Positions 21,852 through 33,174 of a stretch of 64,000 bases of DNA are shown here, piece by piece; position 1 is the first letter of the stretch; the number at the start of each line of letters is the position of its first letter. This DNA comes from a bacterium (GTDB taxonomy: Bacteria; SAR324; NAC60-12). Both the position numbers and the translations under genes were made by a program. The DNA lies in NCBI GenBank assembly GCA_965233585.1, contig CBDDTI010000746.1:32001-96000 (forward strand). The letters run 5' to 3'. The notes under the pieces were generated by a model that saw only the letters and a program-made list of their open reading frames with translations, searched no databases and had not been told where the DNA came from.

Positions 21852-24800
21852 TGTCTTTGCTAAAGATATGGTCTTTAACAAAGGAGAAGAGAAACTTGTG
21901 ATCATTCCTGAAAAAACACTGCTAGGTGGTGCTCAAATCAAGTTTCTTAATGCTTCTAAACAAAATGTGCTGCTCATGGTGAGAAAGAGTGACCAACCTT
22001 TGTATAATGTAGAATGCGGTTGTGATGCGTTTGGTGAGAAATCTCTTAAAGCCGTGACGATTTTGCTAGAGGAGAAGTATTATGCAGATGACTTCTTCTT
22101 TTCTGTCGTCAATCCCAAAACCAGTAAGACCTTAAAGGAGAGTCAACCTTTTCAGTTAAACAAGAAGACGAATGTGAAGTTTGAGCTAAAAGAAGATTTG
22201 ACTCTGGTCAAGACAGATTTGAACAAGGGCAAGGATGTTGTGTCAAATAAAAGACCCAGCACCCCGAGTGAAGTCAAAATCAGCGAGGTCAAAGCTAGCA
22301 GTGTCAAGGTCAGTTGGTCACCTTCTGCAGACCCTGATGGTCAGGTGACAGGCTATGAAGTCTCTTACAAGGAAAGCAGCGGGTCTTGGACTGGAACACA
22401 AACCACCGCTCAAACATCTTTGATTTTGTCTGGATTACAACCTGAAACCAGCTACACCTTCCGCATTCGTACCAAAGATGATGAAGATGCTTGGAGCGAT
22501 TATGCAGAAAGTGCTAGTGTCAAAACACCAGTCTCTGATAATCAACCCCCAAGCCAGCCAAGCAACATCAGCACCAGTCAAATCAGTGCTAGCAGCATCA
22601 CGGTCTCATGGGAGGCTTCAGTAGATTCTGATGGTTGGGTGACAGACTATGAAGTCTCTTACCAGAAAGACAATGGATTTTGGACAGGAACCAGCATAAC
22701 AAGTGCCAACACTTACACCTTTTACTCATTGCAGCCTGACACTGACTACACCTTCCGAGTCCGTGCTAAAGATGATGCAGGAGACTGGAGCGATTACCAG
22801 CAAAGCTCTGTTGTCAAGACTGCACCAGCCAAACCATCCAGCTTTTCTATTTCGGGCAGAACCTCAACTTTTAATACTGAATCAGGCAAGAGTTACGAAT
22901 GTAGCAAAGATGGAGGTGCAAACTTCACAGACTGCAACAGTCCCTTTACTTTTGGAGACAATGCCATTGACCAAGGCAAGCTCTGTGTCCGTGTCAAAGC
23001 CTCAGACAATGCTCCTGCTTCTGATTGGAGTTGTTACAGCCAAGCCATTGCTGCCAAACCCACCAAACCTAACGCACCAACTGGGTTGGCTATTTCAGGC
23101 AGAACCTTAACTTTTAATACTGAATCAGGCAAGAGTTACGAATGTAGTAAAGATGGGGGTGCAAACTTCACAAACTGCAACAGTCCCTTTACTTTTGGAG
23201 ACAATGCCATTGCCAAGAACAAGCTCTGCGTTCGTGTTAAAGCAGCAAGCAATACTCTTGTATCTGACTGGAGTTGCTACAGCCAAGCCATTGCTGCTAC
23301 TAACCAAACACCGAGCAAACCAAGCACCATCAGCACCAGCAACATTCAAAAAAACAGCATCAAGATCTCATGGTCTGCAGCAACAGATTCTGATGGAAGC
23401 ATTACAGGCTATCAAGTCTCTTACAAAGTAGGCTATTACGGGTCATGGACTGGAACGCAAACCACCACTCAAACCACTTACACTTTCAACAGTCTGCAAT
23501 CTAACACGACTTACACCTTCCGAGTCCGAGCCAAAGACAATGACAACGCTTGGAGTCCTTACAAAGAAAGCTCTGCTACCAAAACTCTCAACCAACCCCC
23601 GAGCAAACCAAGCACCATCAGCACCAGCAACATTCAAAAAAACAGCATCAAGATCTCATGGTCTTCGGCAAAAGATTCTGATGGAAGCATTGCAGGCTAT
23701 GAAGTCTCTTACAAGAAAGGGAGTGGAGCATGGACAGGCATCCAAACGACCAGCTGGAGAACTTACACTTTCTACAGTTTGAAGTCTAACACGACTTACA
23801 CCTTCCGAGTCCGAGCCAAAGACAATGATAACGCTTGGAGTCCTTACAAAGAAAGCTCTGCTACCAAAACTCTCAACCAACCCCCGAGCAAACCAAGCAC
23901 CATCAGCACCAGCAACATTCAAAAAACCAGCATCAAGGTCTCATGGTCTGCGGCAACAGATTCTGATGGAAGCATTGCAAGTTATCAAATCTCTTACAAA
24001 GTAGGCTATTACGGGTCATGGACTGGAACACAAACCACCACTCAAAACACTTACACTTTCAGCAGTTTACAATCTGACAAAGCCTACACCTTCCGAGTCC
24101 GAGCCAAAGACAATGACAACGCTTGGAGTTCTTACAGGCAAAGCTCTACTGTCAAGACAAAACCTACCAAACCATCTAACTTGGCTGTCTCAGCTTCAAG
24201 CAGGACTTTCACTTTTGCTAGAGTATCAGGTAAGAGTTATGAATGTAGCAAAGATGCAGGTGGCACTGCAAACGGCTGTAGCAGTCCCTTCAACTTTGGA
24301 GATGATGCCCTGGTTTCAGGCAAGTTGTGCGTACGTGTGAAGGCATCAGGCAATGCTCCTGCTTCTGACTGGGCATGTTACACAAAAACTGTTGCTGCTG
24401 CCAAGCCCCGTCTCTCTGGCATTGCTGGAAGAAAGTTGACTTTTACCACCGCTTCAGGACTGACTTATCAATGCTCTAAAAGTGGAGGCTCAAGTCCAAG
24501 CGACTGTAGCACTCCTTTCGCTTTTGGAGATGCTAGTATTGCCAAAGATACACTGTGTGTCCGTGTGAAAGCCAAAAACAACATTCCTGCTTCAGATTGG
24601 TCTTGCTACAACCGAGCCATTGCTCCTGCCAAACCCACTTCTCTTGCTCTCTCTGGCAGAACTTTAACTTTTGCCACTGCTTCAGGACTGATCTATCAAT
24701 GCTCTAAAAGTGGAGGTTCAAGTCCTAGCAACTGTCGTAGTCCATTTGCTTTTGGAGATGCTCCGATTCAAACGAGCAAATTATGTGTCCGTGTGAAAGC

Positions 24801-24858
24801 CAAAAGCAATATTCCTGCTTCAGATTGGTCTTGCTACAACGATCAATCTTTAACCAAA

Positions 24859-26615
24859 CAATGGTCTAAACTGCTTGGCACGAGCAGTTATGATGAAGGA
24901 AGAGGAGTGAGTGTAGATGCTTCTGGAAATGTCTACGTCACAGGAGACTCTGGGAATCGTGTGCTTTTAGCCAAGTATAACAGTTCAGGATTGCAACAAT
25001 GGTCTAAATCATTTGGCTCTGGCGATGGCTATGGAGTGAGTGTGGATGCTTCTGGAAATGTTTACGCAACAGGAGACTCTGGGAATCGTGTGCTTTTAGC
25101 CAAGTATTCTCCTTCAGGAGAGAAGCAGTGGTCTAAATCGTTTGGCACGAGCAGTTATGATTATGGATACGGAGTGAGTGTGGATTCTTCTGGAAATGTC
25201 TACGTCACAGGACGCTCTTATGGAGATTTTGACGGACACAGCAATTCAGGAAATTCAGACATGTTTTTAATCAAGTTTGGTGCTGCTTCTGCTTCAGTGG
25301 GCAAACCGAATGCACCCTCTGCTCTGGCACTTTCAGGCAGGACGTTCACTTTTGCTACTGCTTCAGGCAAGAGTTATCAATGTAGTCAAGATGGAGGTAC
25401 AAATGTCACTGATTGCAGCAGTCCTTTTAGTTTTGGAGATGCAGCCATTCAAGCAGGCAAGCTCTGTGTCCGTGTCAAAGCCACAGGTAGCGATCCTGCT
25501 TCAGATTGGTCTTGCTACAAGCAAACCATCTTTGATGCCCCACCGATTAAGCATTGGTCTATGCTACTTGGCACGAGCAGTGATGACAAAGGTAAGGCAG
25601 TGGCTTTGGATTCATCAGGCAATGTCTATGTCTCTGGCAACTTGGGTCAGGACATGGTTTTAACCAAGTATGACTCATCAGGCAACAAGCAATGGTCTCA
25701 GTCTGGCAATAGTGACGACTATGTAGAAGGAATCAGTGTGGATTCTTCTGGAAATATCTACGCAACAGGATACTCTAGCGGAGCTTTTGATGGACAAGTC
25801 AATTCAGGAAGTTCAGACATGTTTTTAATCAAGTATGACTCATCAGGGACTAAGAAGTGGTCTAAATTACTTGGCACTAGTGGTGATGATAGGGGACAAG
25901 GAGTGAGTGTAGATTCTTCTGGAAATGTCTACGTCACAGGATACTCTTATGGAGATTTTGACGGACACAGCAATTCAGGAAATTCAGACATGTTTTTAAT
26001 CAAGTATGACTCATCAGGGACTAAGAGTGGTCTAAACTGCTTGGCACGAGCAGTTCTGATTATGGATACGGAGTGAGTGTGGATGCTTCTGGAAATGTCT
26101 ACGTCACAGGACGCTCTTATGGAGCTTTTGACGGACACAGCAATTCAGGAAGTTATGACATGTTTTTAATCAAGTATAATTCATCAGGCACTAAGCAATG
26201 GTCTAAACTGCTTGGCACGAGCAATTATGATGTAGGATACGGAGTGAGTGTAGATTCTTCTGGAAATGTCTACGTCACAGGAAAATCTTGGAATCGTGTG
26301 CTTTTAGCCAAGTATAACAGTTCAGGATTGCAACAATGGTCTAAATCATTTGGCTCTGGCAATGGCTATGGAGTGAGTGTGGATTCTTCTGGAAATGTTT
26401 ACGCAACAGGATATTCTGGGCATGATGTGCTTTTAGCCAAGTATTCTCCTTCAGGAGAGAAGCAGTGGTCTAAATCGTTTGGCACGGGCAGTTCTGATGT
26501 AGGATACGGAGTGAGTGTGGATGCTTCTGGAAATGTCTACGTCACAGGATACTCTTATGGAGATTTTGACTCACACAGCAATTCAGGAAGTAATGACATG
26601 TTTTTAATCAAGTTT
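24859..26615 (+). repeat. intragenic SBBP propeller repeats; 420-bp block 24859-25278 duplicated at 26196-26615
   Basis: Recurring GGAGTGAGTGTRGATKCTTCTGGAAATGTYTACG, encoding GVSVD(A/S)SGNVY. Confidence 0.92.
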
Positions 26616-26651
26616 GAGAAGTAACCCCCTTTCTTGCTTGCTTTCAAACCT

Positions 26652-26808
26652 TGAGCTAAGTCGTTGCTTACCTTGACCTACCATCTCCTTTTTTTCTCAT
26701 TCCCAAGTCATGGCTCGCCCTGAGCTAAGTCGTTGCTTACCTTGACCCGCAATGACGGAGGAAGTGAGGAAAAGAGCAAACCGTCATTCCGTGCCTGACA
26801 CGGAATCT
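26652..26808. repeat. intergenic repeat mosaic
   Basis: TGAGCTAAGTCGTTGCTTACCTTGACC twice (26652, 26721) and GTCATTCCGTGCCTGACACGGAATCT (26783). Confidence 0.75.
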
Positions 26809-26950
26809 CAAAAAATGGAGTTGTTTAGGAAGTGGAGAAATCAGGGAACCTGAATAGGTCAGGAAATCATAAAAAAAGGCAAGGTAAGAAAAAACACCGC
26901 TTGTCAAAAGCATGTCCCAGTGAAAGTTTTGACAACTTGGCTCAAGAACC

Positions 26951-28135
26951 TCAGTTCCGAAAAAAGATGGTGTCTAGGACGTTATGAATAAAGTGGTCAA
27001 CTGGGGTGTCAATCAGGAACAGAGCATACATGAAGATAAGCATGTAGAGTAACAGCATCAATGCAGATTCTATTTTGCCAACAGTGTAATTATGAGAGTA
27101 GAAGAAATAAAAGGAGATAATAGTGGCAATCACGACAAAAACTAACAACTCAATATGGATCATGTTAATGACAGTGGATTCGCCTGTCATCAAATAAACT
27201 AAAAGAATAGGCAGACCAAGACAGATACACAAATCAAAAATGTTACTGCCAAAAATATTAGAAATGGCGGCGTCATAATGACCTTTTTTGGCACTCAAAA
27301 CTGACAATGCAGTATCGGGAACAGACGTCCCTGCGGCAATCACAACAAATGCCATGATGACGGGGTCAACATTGATAATTGCACCAAATCCGATAGAGGC
27401 TTCTACAAGGACATGGCTGCTTGCTCCCATCATCAGCATCATCGCAACAATCCAAATCCAAGCCACTTTTTCACTCTTTAATTCAAATTCTGGCTGTTCA
27501 TCATCGTCATCTTGTGCTTCTTCAGGCTCTGTCGGGTCGTTTTGATTTTGTTTGTAAGACCGATAATGATGAGTCAAAGTGTAAATATAGACAGCGTATA
27601 TGGCAAGAAAGGTCAATGAGATTCCAAGCCCCCACTCATCAAAAACTAAAACAAAGACAAAAGTCGCTAAGATGACTAAGATGTAAAAAAGGTTGTCTCG
27701 CCAGACCACCTCACGGCTGATGACCATCGGTGTTGCGGCAACTAAACCAGAAGCGGCAGGGATAATCAACACATTGTAAAGTGCTGACCCTGCAATCGTT
27801 GCAAGACCTACCTCAAATTTCCCCAATGTAAACACAGCCACCATCACGACTGCAAATTCAGGAAACGAGCTTGCAATGGCATCAATGACTGCCGCCTTCA
27901 CTGATTGAGGAATGTTGTGCTGTTCTTCAATATAAACTGCAGCATGACTAAAATGATCCCCTGACTTCCAAATTGCAAGCGATGCAATCACAATCAAACA
28001 GATGTAAAAAAGAGCCTGAAAAGCAGGGACAGAAATAAAAGAAGAAACAAATGCAATCAAAGACAGAAGAACACACGCTTTTAATGTGTTCTTACCAAAA
28101 AATCTGGAACAATAATCTATTACAACCATAATCAA
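26951..28135 (-). CDS. sodium/calcium exchanger (CaCA family)
   Basis: Alpha repeats ASSFPE...GSALYN and GTSVPD...GSNIFD. Confidence 0.92.
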   Translation of the reverse strand: MIMVVIDYCSRFFGKNTLKACVLLSLIAFVSSFISVPAFQALFYICLIVIASLAIWKSGDHFSHAAVYIEEQHNIPQSVKAAVIDAIASSFPEFAVVMVAVFTLGKFEVGLATIAGSALYNVLIIPAASGLVAATPMVISREVVWRDNLFYILVILATFVFVLVFDEWGLGISLTFLAIYAVYIYTLTHHYRSYKQNQNDPTEPEEAQDDDDEQPEFELKSEKVAWIWIVAMMLMMGASSHVLVEASIGFGAIINVDPVIMAFVVIAAGTSVPDTALSVLSAKKGHYDAAISNIFGSNIFDLCICLGLPILLVYLMTGESTVINMIHIELLVFVVIATIISFYFFYSHNYTVGKIESALMLLLYMLIFMYALFLIDTPVDHFIHNVLDTIFFRN

Positions 28136-28145
28136 TCAAAAAAAT

Positions 28146-28742
28146 TTAAATTTTCCCTTCTCGCCCTTGCCTCAGACGAGAAATGTTGTCTTTATGTAGA
28201 TACACGATGAACAACGACAATGAAGAAAGAAGTAGAACTTGAGAGATAGGCAAGGTGTTCTGCCAATACCCAACGAAAAGAATAAAAGGCAATAAGGTTA
28301 ACATGCTCAGTGCAGAGAGACTTGAGAGTCTTGTTTTTAAAAAAACTAGTATCCAAACAGCAGCGCAAATGATACCAATTTGCCAATTTAAAGCAAAGAG
28401 GACACCATAAGTCGTTGCAACACCTTTACCCCCGCGAAATTTAAGAAAAACTGGAAAGATGTGTCCAAGTACTGCAATGATTGCTACAACACTTTTCCAA
28501 AGTTCTGACGCATCTACCTGAAGCAAGACGACTAGATAAACAGGAAGAAAGCCTTTTGAGAAATCTGCAACAAAGGTCAAAAGACCGGGAAGCCTACCTC
28601 CAACTCTCATCACATTCGTCATACCAATATTTCCGCTTCCACTTTGTCTCACATCAATACCAAGCATCAGCTTGCTAATGATTAAGCCAAAGGGAATAGA
28701 CCCCATCAAATATGCAAAAATACACAATAGAATCAGAATCAT
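28146..28742 (-). CDS. plsY: glycerol-3-phosphate acyltransferase
   Basis: GSIPFG, GSGNIGMTN, GHIFPVFLKFRGGKGVAT, HKDNISRL. Confidence 0.97.
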   Translation of the reverse strand: MILILLCIFAYLMGSIPFGLIISKLMLGIDVRQSGSGNIGMTNVMRVGGRLPGLLTFVADFSKGFLPVYLVVLLQVDASELWKSVVAIIAVLGHIFPVFLKFRGGKGVATTYGVLFALNWQIGIICAAVWILVFLKTRLSSLSALSMLTLLPFILFVGYWQNTLPISQVLLLSSLSLFIVYLHKDNISRLRQGREGKI

Positions 28743-28816
28743 AAAAGCCTTTGAAAAAAGTTTTGGATTATATGCGATGTCTTGAGAAAATACAACCCGT
28801 TGTCTGTTTTAAAAAT

Positions 28817-30127
28817 TTATTTTGTTGCAACAATCAATAAAGAACTGGCTTGGACAGGCAAGAGATGGTCTATGTGTCTGAAAACTGGGAGAATGGTATT
28901 GAGTATTTTCAGTTGCCAGCGATGATAATGTCCTGTGTCTTGTTGAGACATCAAAGAAGAAAAAAGTTGAGTGGTTTTGTTAAAAGGTTGTGTCTGCTTG
29001 ACCTTAAAATGACATGTTTTCAAATGTTCCATGACATGCTCTCTGTTTTGACTTGGCACAATCAAAACGAAAGTTCCTGTGTCTGACAGAATTTGATAAG
29101 ACTGTTCAATCAACTCATCGTCAATACTCTCTGAATCATAAAAGATAGAATCAATGTTTGCAAGAGGCTCATCAACCAAGGACTCCTTGACCTCAATATT
29201 TTCAGAATTTTGAAAGAGTGCTTTAAGATACTTGGATTTTGGACTGATGGCAATGACCTCTCTTTCTTCAATCAAGTGTCTTGTTCTCTCACCCGATTTC
29301 GCTTCTAATTCCAAAACTCTCTTTCCCAAAAAAGGTCTGGCAAGGTCAATATGCCATTTGACACAGGCAGGAATCAGGGAGGGTAATGCAAAGGTCAATG
29401 GGTTTTGTTTCGGGTCATACATGTCATCTAAAACCCAGTATTTCAAGATACACCAAAGGGCTTGAAAGCCATCTTTCCAGCCAATTTTCTTTCCTTCTTG
29501 ATGAGTGCGAGGATAATAATTGATAGGGACTTCAAAGATGCGAAGTTGCCGTTTTGCTATTTTTGCAGTGATTTCAATTTCAATATCAAAACGGTTAGAA
29601 CGCAAAGGAATTGTTTTGAGTAGAGGAAGACGGAATGCTTTGTAACACGTTTCTGCATCAGTCAGGTAAAGGTCTGTTGCCAAATTGCTCAATGTAGTAA
29701 TGGTGCGGTTAATCAAAAAGTGGCGATACTGCAAAGCACGCCTCACACTTCTGACCATAAAACGAGAACCATACACCACATCTGCATATCCAGACAAAAT
29801 GGGTGCAAAAACTGCAGAATAGTCATTGGTGTCGTATTCCAAATCAGCATCTTGAATGATGGCAACATCGCCTGATGCAATCTCAATGGCTTTGCGAATG
29901 GCAGCACCCTTGCCCTGATTATGGCTTTGAATGTGATACACAACTTGTTCAGGGAATTTTTGTGCCAGCTCAACCACAATGTGAGCTGACCCGTCAGTTG
30001 AACCATCATCAACTAAAACAATCTCTTTTGTTGTGATTCCTTCAACTTGTTGCTCAAGAACACGTTCTACAATCTTCTCTAACGTATTCTTTTCATTGTA
30101 AACAGGAATTAAAATGCTTGCTTTCAT
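28817..30127 (-). CDS. GT2 glycosyltransferase (DPM1-like) fused to a degenerate methyltransferase-like domain
   Basis: IPVYNE, VDDGSTD, NQGKG, QDADLEY, YGSRF, TCYKAF. Confidence 0.85.
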   Translation of the reverse strand: MKASILIPVYNEKNTLEKIVERVLEQQVEGITTKEIVLVDDGSTDGSAHIVVELAQKFPEQVVYHIQSHNQGKGAAIRKAIEIASGDVAIIQDADLEYDTNDYSAVFAPILSGYADVVYGSRFMVRSVRRALQYRHFLINRTITTLSNLATDLYLTDAETCYKAFRLPLLKTIPLRSNRFDIEIEITAKIAKRQLRIFEVPINYYPRTHQEGKKIGWKDGFQALWCILKYWVLDDMYDPKQNPLTFALPSLIPACVKWHIDLARPFLGKRVLELEAKSGERTRHLIEEREVIAISPKSKYLKALFQNSENIEVKESLVDEPLANIDSIFYDSESIDDELIEQSYQILSDTGTFVLIVPSQNREHVMEHLKTCHFKVKQTQPFNKTTQLFSSLMSQQDTGHYHRWQLKILNTILPVFRHIDHLLPVQASSLLIVATK

Positions 30128-30263
30128 CTTTTAAAATCAAAATCAATTAATCCAAGTTGTGCATTCATCATACAAATCTTTTTCTCTATTCTTGAATCGC
30201 TTGCTAGTATTTGACAAATTAAAAATATTGCTCAAATCTCTTTTGGTGTTCAAAATTTATCTT

Positions 30264-31130
30264 TCAATCTTTGAAAGGTTTCAACTTTGATGCAATTTTT
30301 CTTTTGACGCGTTTCCAAAAAGAAGGACGGCAGAGTTGCAACTGCTTTTTCACATCAAAAGTGGCAGGGCTCACATTCAATGAGGATAGTTTTTGCAATG
30401 CTCGTAAGTCGTAACAAGAGATTCCCGCACTAGCCAAACGACAGCTTAAGGCATGTTCGTTGAGAATAGACCTTAATTTTGTTTGGAATTTCTGCCATGT
30501 TTCAGGGCAAAGCTCAAAGGCACTGTGCCAATCTTTTGTCAGCCATTGACGTAAATCATGCTGATAATTCTGGCTCATCGGTGCATCGTCTAGGAAAATC
30601 TGGTCTTCTGCAAATACGTCAGGACAAAAATCATGGGTATTAGAAAAAGTAGCAAGGTCTTGAATTTGCTTTATCACTTGAGCAGGAATTAGAACAAAGC
30701 TGGTTCGTATCCAATACCAAAATGACCACTCTTGCAACACAAAAAGTCTCTCATTTTCTGTGGTATCAATCAATCCTGCCACAGAATTTTGACGAATCAA
30801 CCATTCTATCACTTCTGGATTCAACAGATTTTGATAGCTGTCTCCGTACGCCATAAAAGCATCAGTCATCAGTAAATACGCATCGGGTTTTATGTCTTGG
30901 GCAATCTTGATGCCTTTTGACCATGCAGAAAATTCATGTAGTGAGTTGTCCCCACCCACTACAATATGATTTGGCGATTTGTATTCAAGCTGTTGAGATT
31001 CTTCAAAATTGTCAAGTTGTATCCAAAACAGATTTTTGATTTTTGAATGAACTAACAACGTCTGTGCATTCTTAAAGCTATGAGGATAACGAGATTGGTC
31101 GTATTGGACAAACAGAATACAAAGATGCAA
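30264..31130 (-). CDS. hypothetical protein, possibly glycan-related
   Basis: 288-aa ORF co-oriented between the hydrolase and GT2 genes; GGDNSLHEFSAW motif. Confidence 0.6.
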   Translation of the reverse strand: MHLCILFVQYDQSRYPHSFKNAQTLLVHSKIKNLFWIQLDNFEESQQLEYKSPNHIVVGGDNSLHEFSAWSKGIKIAQDIKPDAYLLMTDAFMAYGDSYQNLLNPEVIEWLIRQNSVAGLIDTTENERLFVLQEWSFWYWIRTSFVLIPAQVIKQIQDLATFSNTHDFCPDVFAEDQIFLDDAPMSQNYQHDLRQWLTKDWHSAFELCPETWQKFQTKLRSILNEHALSCRLASAGISCYDLRALQKLSSLNVSPATFDVKKQLQLCRPSFWKRVKRKIASKLKPFKD

Positions 31131-31133
31131 AAG

Positions 31134-32318
31134 CTAGTTTGTTTGAGAAATAAGATGTTTGGAGAACAAAAAAGCAAGGTACCTTTCCACAGCAGGGAAG
31201 GCACATTGAGCTGTGACATTGTATGTTGCATCAAACCGATGTCCTGCCAAAGGCAAAGCAATCATTGCAGTATATGAAGAGCTTAGTTTATTGTAAAAAT
31301 CTTTTGCAGATTCAAGAGAAGTCAATATATCTGCTGAACCTTGTATCACCAAAAAGGGCGGGTGACCTTTGCCAATCTTCACAAGAGAAAATGCTTGCTT
31401 GGTTTTGGAAAAATCAGGACAAAGTCTGCTTAAAAGTCGTTGCATAGCATGTTGATTTCGCACGTCATAGATTCCATACCATGAGACACAGCCTTGCACT
31501 GAAAAGTCGCAATTTTTCAAATCATCACAATTTTCATTTTCCTTTGGTGTCAACGCCACAAGCGAGGCAACAGAAGCACCAAATGAAGCCCCGCTTAACA
31601 CTATGAAATCAGGGTCAATTTGATAATGCTCTGCATTCTGACGAATGTATGCAATGGCACGTTTACAATTCACGATAGAATCGCCAGACATGAGAGATGA
31701 GATAGAAAAGCACTTCCAACCCTGCCTTGCCATTCTACATAAAAAGGGCTGTCTTTGTGTACCCAGATGCCAAGTTTTCTCACAAACCTCAATCAAGACA
31801 GGTGCTTTTTCAAAAATGGGAATAGCAGGTTCATAAATATCTACTGAAAGAGATGGATTTTTGCAAAATTCGGCATCTCGTTTGACTTGAATCTGTTCAA
31901 GTAATTTTTGGGGATTCCACAACAATTTCCAATTAACAGGTAGAGGGAACAATCGTTGACGCATCTCCAGATGAATGTCCAACTCGTAACGATACCCCAA
32001 AACTGATTTAAGTTGTTGCTGTGCGTAAAAACGAAGGTAAGTCAAGCGATTGAGCCTTAAACCTGTTGCAATGTAGGCTGACAGAGACAAAATGACTCCA
32101 GCCCATGCCGTTTGGGTTTCAATCAAACCAAGTGCAAAAAAGATGAGATTGACCCCAAAGTGAAAGACTGCCCATTGCAAAGCAAATTCACTGAAAAACC
32201 AAGTCGCAAAATAAAAAACAAGAGATTGGAGAGATTGAGTCTTCTTGGGGGTAACAGACAATGCAACAGAACACAGGGAAAGGATTCCCCATGTCAAAAC
32301 GAGCCATTGCATCATCAC
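31134..32318 (-). CDS. membrane-anchored alpha/beta hydrolase (esterase/lipase)
   Basis: N-terminal TM helices; GASFG nucleophile elbow, QGSAD, AGHRFD; the usual HGG motif is not evident. Confidence 0.75.
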   Translation of the reverse strand: MMMQWLVLTWGILSLCSVALSVTPKKTQSLQSLVFYFATWFFSEFALQWAVFHFGVNLIFFALGLIETQTAWAGVILSLSAYIATGLRLNRLTYLRFYAQQQLKSVLGYRYELDIHLEMRQRLFPLPVNWKLLWNPQKLLEQIQVKRDAEFCKNPSLSVDIYEPAIPIFEKAPVLIEVCEKTWHLGTQRQPFLCRMARQGWKCFSISSLMSGDSIVNCKRAIAYIRQNAEHYQIDPDFIVLSGASFGASVASLVALTPKENENCDDLKNCDFSVQGCVSWYGIYDVRNQHAMQRLLSRLCPDFSKTKQAFSLVKIGKGHPPFLVIQGSADILTSLESAKDFYNKLSSSYTAMIALPLAGHRFDATYNVTAQCAFPAVERYLAFLFSKHLISQTN

Positions 32319-32325
32319 AAACTGA

Positions 32326-32721
32326 TTAACGTTTGGAGTATTGAAAACGTTTGCGGGCGCCTGGCTGTCCGTATTTTTTACGTTCTACACGGCGTGCATC
32401 ACGGGTCAGCATTTTGGCTTTTTTCAAAATGGGTCTCATTTCAGAGTTTGCCTGTTCAATAGCACGTGCAAGACCATGACGTATTGCGCTGGCTTGACCC
32501 GAAAGACCACCACCAGACACATTGACTAACACATCGTAATGATCTGAAACCTCACACAATTCCAAAGGCTGTCTGACAATCATTTTCAGGGTCTCTCTGC
32601 CAAAATAGACATTGACATCTTTGCGGTTCACAACAATTTGTCCATTTCCTGGTCGTAAATAAACCCTTGCAACTGAAGATTTACGTCTGCCTGTTCCGTA
32701 ATATTGTTTCACTTTTTCCAT
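32326..32721 (-). CDS. rpsI: 30S ribosomal protein S9
   Basis: [25 protein letters not shown]. Confidence 0.99.
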   Translation of the reverse strand: MEKVKQYYGTGRRKSSVARVYLRPGNGQIVVNRKDVNVYFGRETLKMIVRQPLELCEVSDHYDVLVNVSGGGLSGQASAIRHGLARAIEQANSEMRPILKKAKMLTRDARRVERKKYGQPGARKRFQYSKR

Positions 32722-32724
32722 AAT

Positions 32725-33174
32725 CTATTTTTTGAAAGTCAAGGGTTGAGGTTTTTGAGCTTGATGCGGGTGAGTTGCACCTGAATAGACTTTGAGCTTT
32801 TTCAATGATGCACGGTTCAAAGCATTCTTGGGCATCATACGTTTGACCGCCATCTCTAAAACTCTGCTGGGGTGTTTTTCTAAAAGGTCAGATGCACGAG
32901 TTTGTTTGATACCACCGGGGTACCCTGTGTGGTGGTAGTAGATTTTATCAGACAATTTTTTGCCTGTCAGTCTGACTTTTTCTGCGTTGACAACGACTAC
33001 AAAATCTCCTGTGTCTACGTGAGGTGTGTAAATGACTTTGTCCTTACCTTGTAAGATTTTAGTAATTTGAGATGCCAGTCTGCCAAGCGTTTGACCTTCT
33101 GCATCAACAAGCCACCAATTCCTTGGATATTTTTCTGTAAGAAAGTCTTCTTTTTTGGCGGATATGGTCTTCAT
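32725..33174 (-). CDS. rplM: 50S ribosomal protein L13
   Basis: [28 protein letters not shown]; start at ATG 33174 (MKTISAKK). Confidence 0.98.
   Translation of the reverse strand: MKTISAKKEDFLTEKYPRNWWLVDAEGQTLGRLASQITKILQGKDKVIYTPHVDTGDFVVVVNAEKVRLTGKKLSDKIYYHHTGYPGGIKQTRASDLLEKHPSRVLEMAVKRMMPKNALNRASLKKLKVYSGATHPHQAQKPQPLTFKK

Larger units (their letters stand above)
20362..26624 (+). pseudogene. giant surface lipoprotein (5 FN3, 6 Cys-rich repeats, SBBP beta-propeller repeats), interrupted by IS1 and a 1-bp deletion
   Basis: Lipobox LTG-C. Removing the IS and one TSD joins ...FENLVF to AKDMVFNK... in frame. AAGAGTGG at about 26025 versus AAGAAGTGG in the sister repeat explains the split between ORFs 21811-26076 and 26073-26624. 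Confidence 0.88.

Noticed and set aside
24859..26615. DGR template/variable repeat pair
   Set aside because: Both copies are coding, differences are not confined to adenines of one copy (GGG/TGG, GCT/TCT, CGC/TAC), and no reverse transcriptase is in the window
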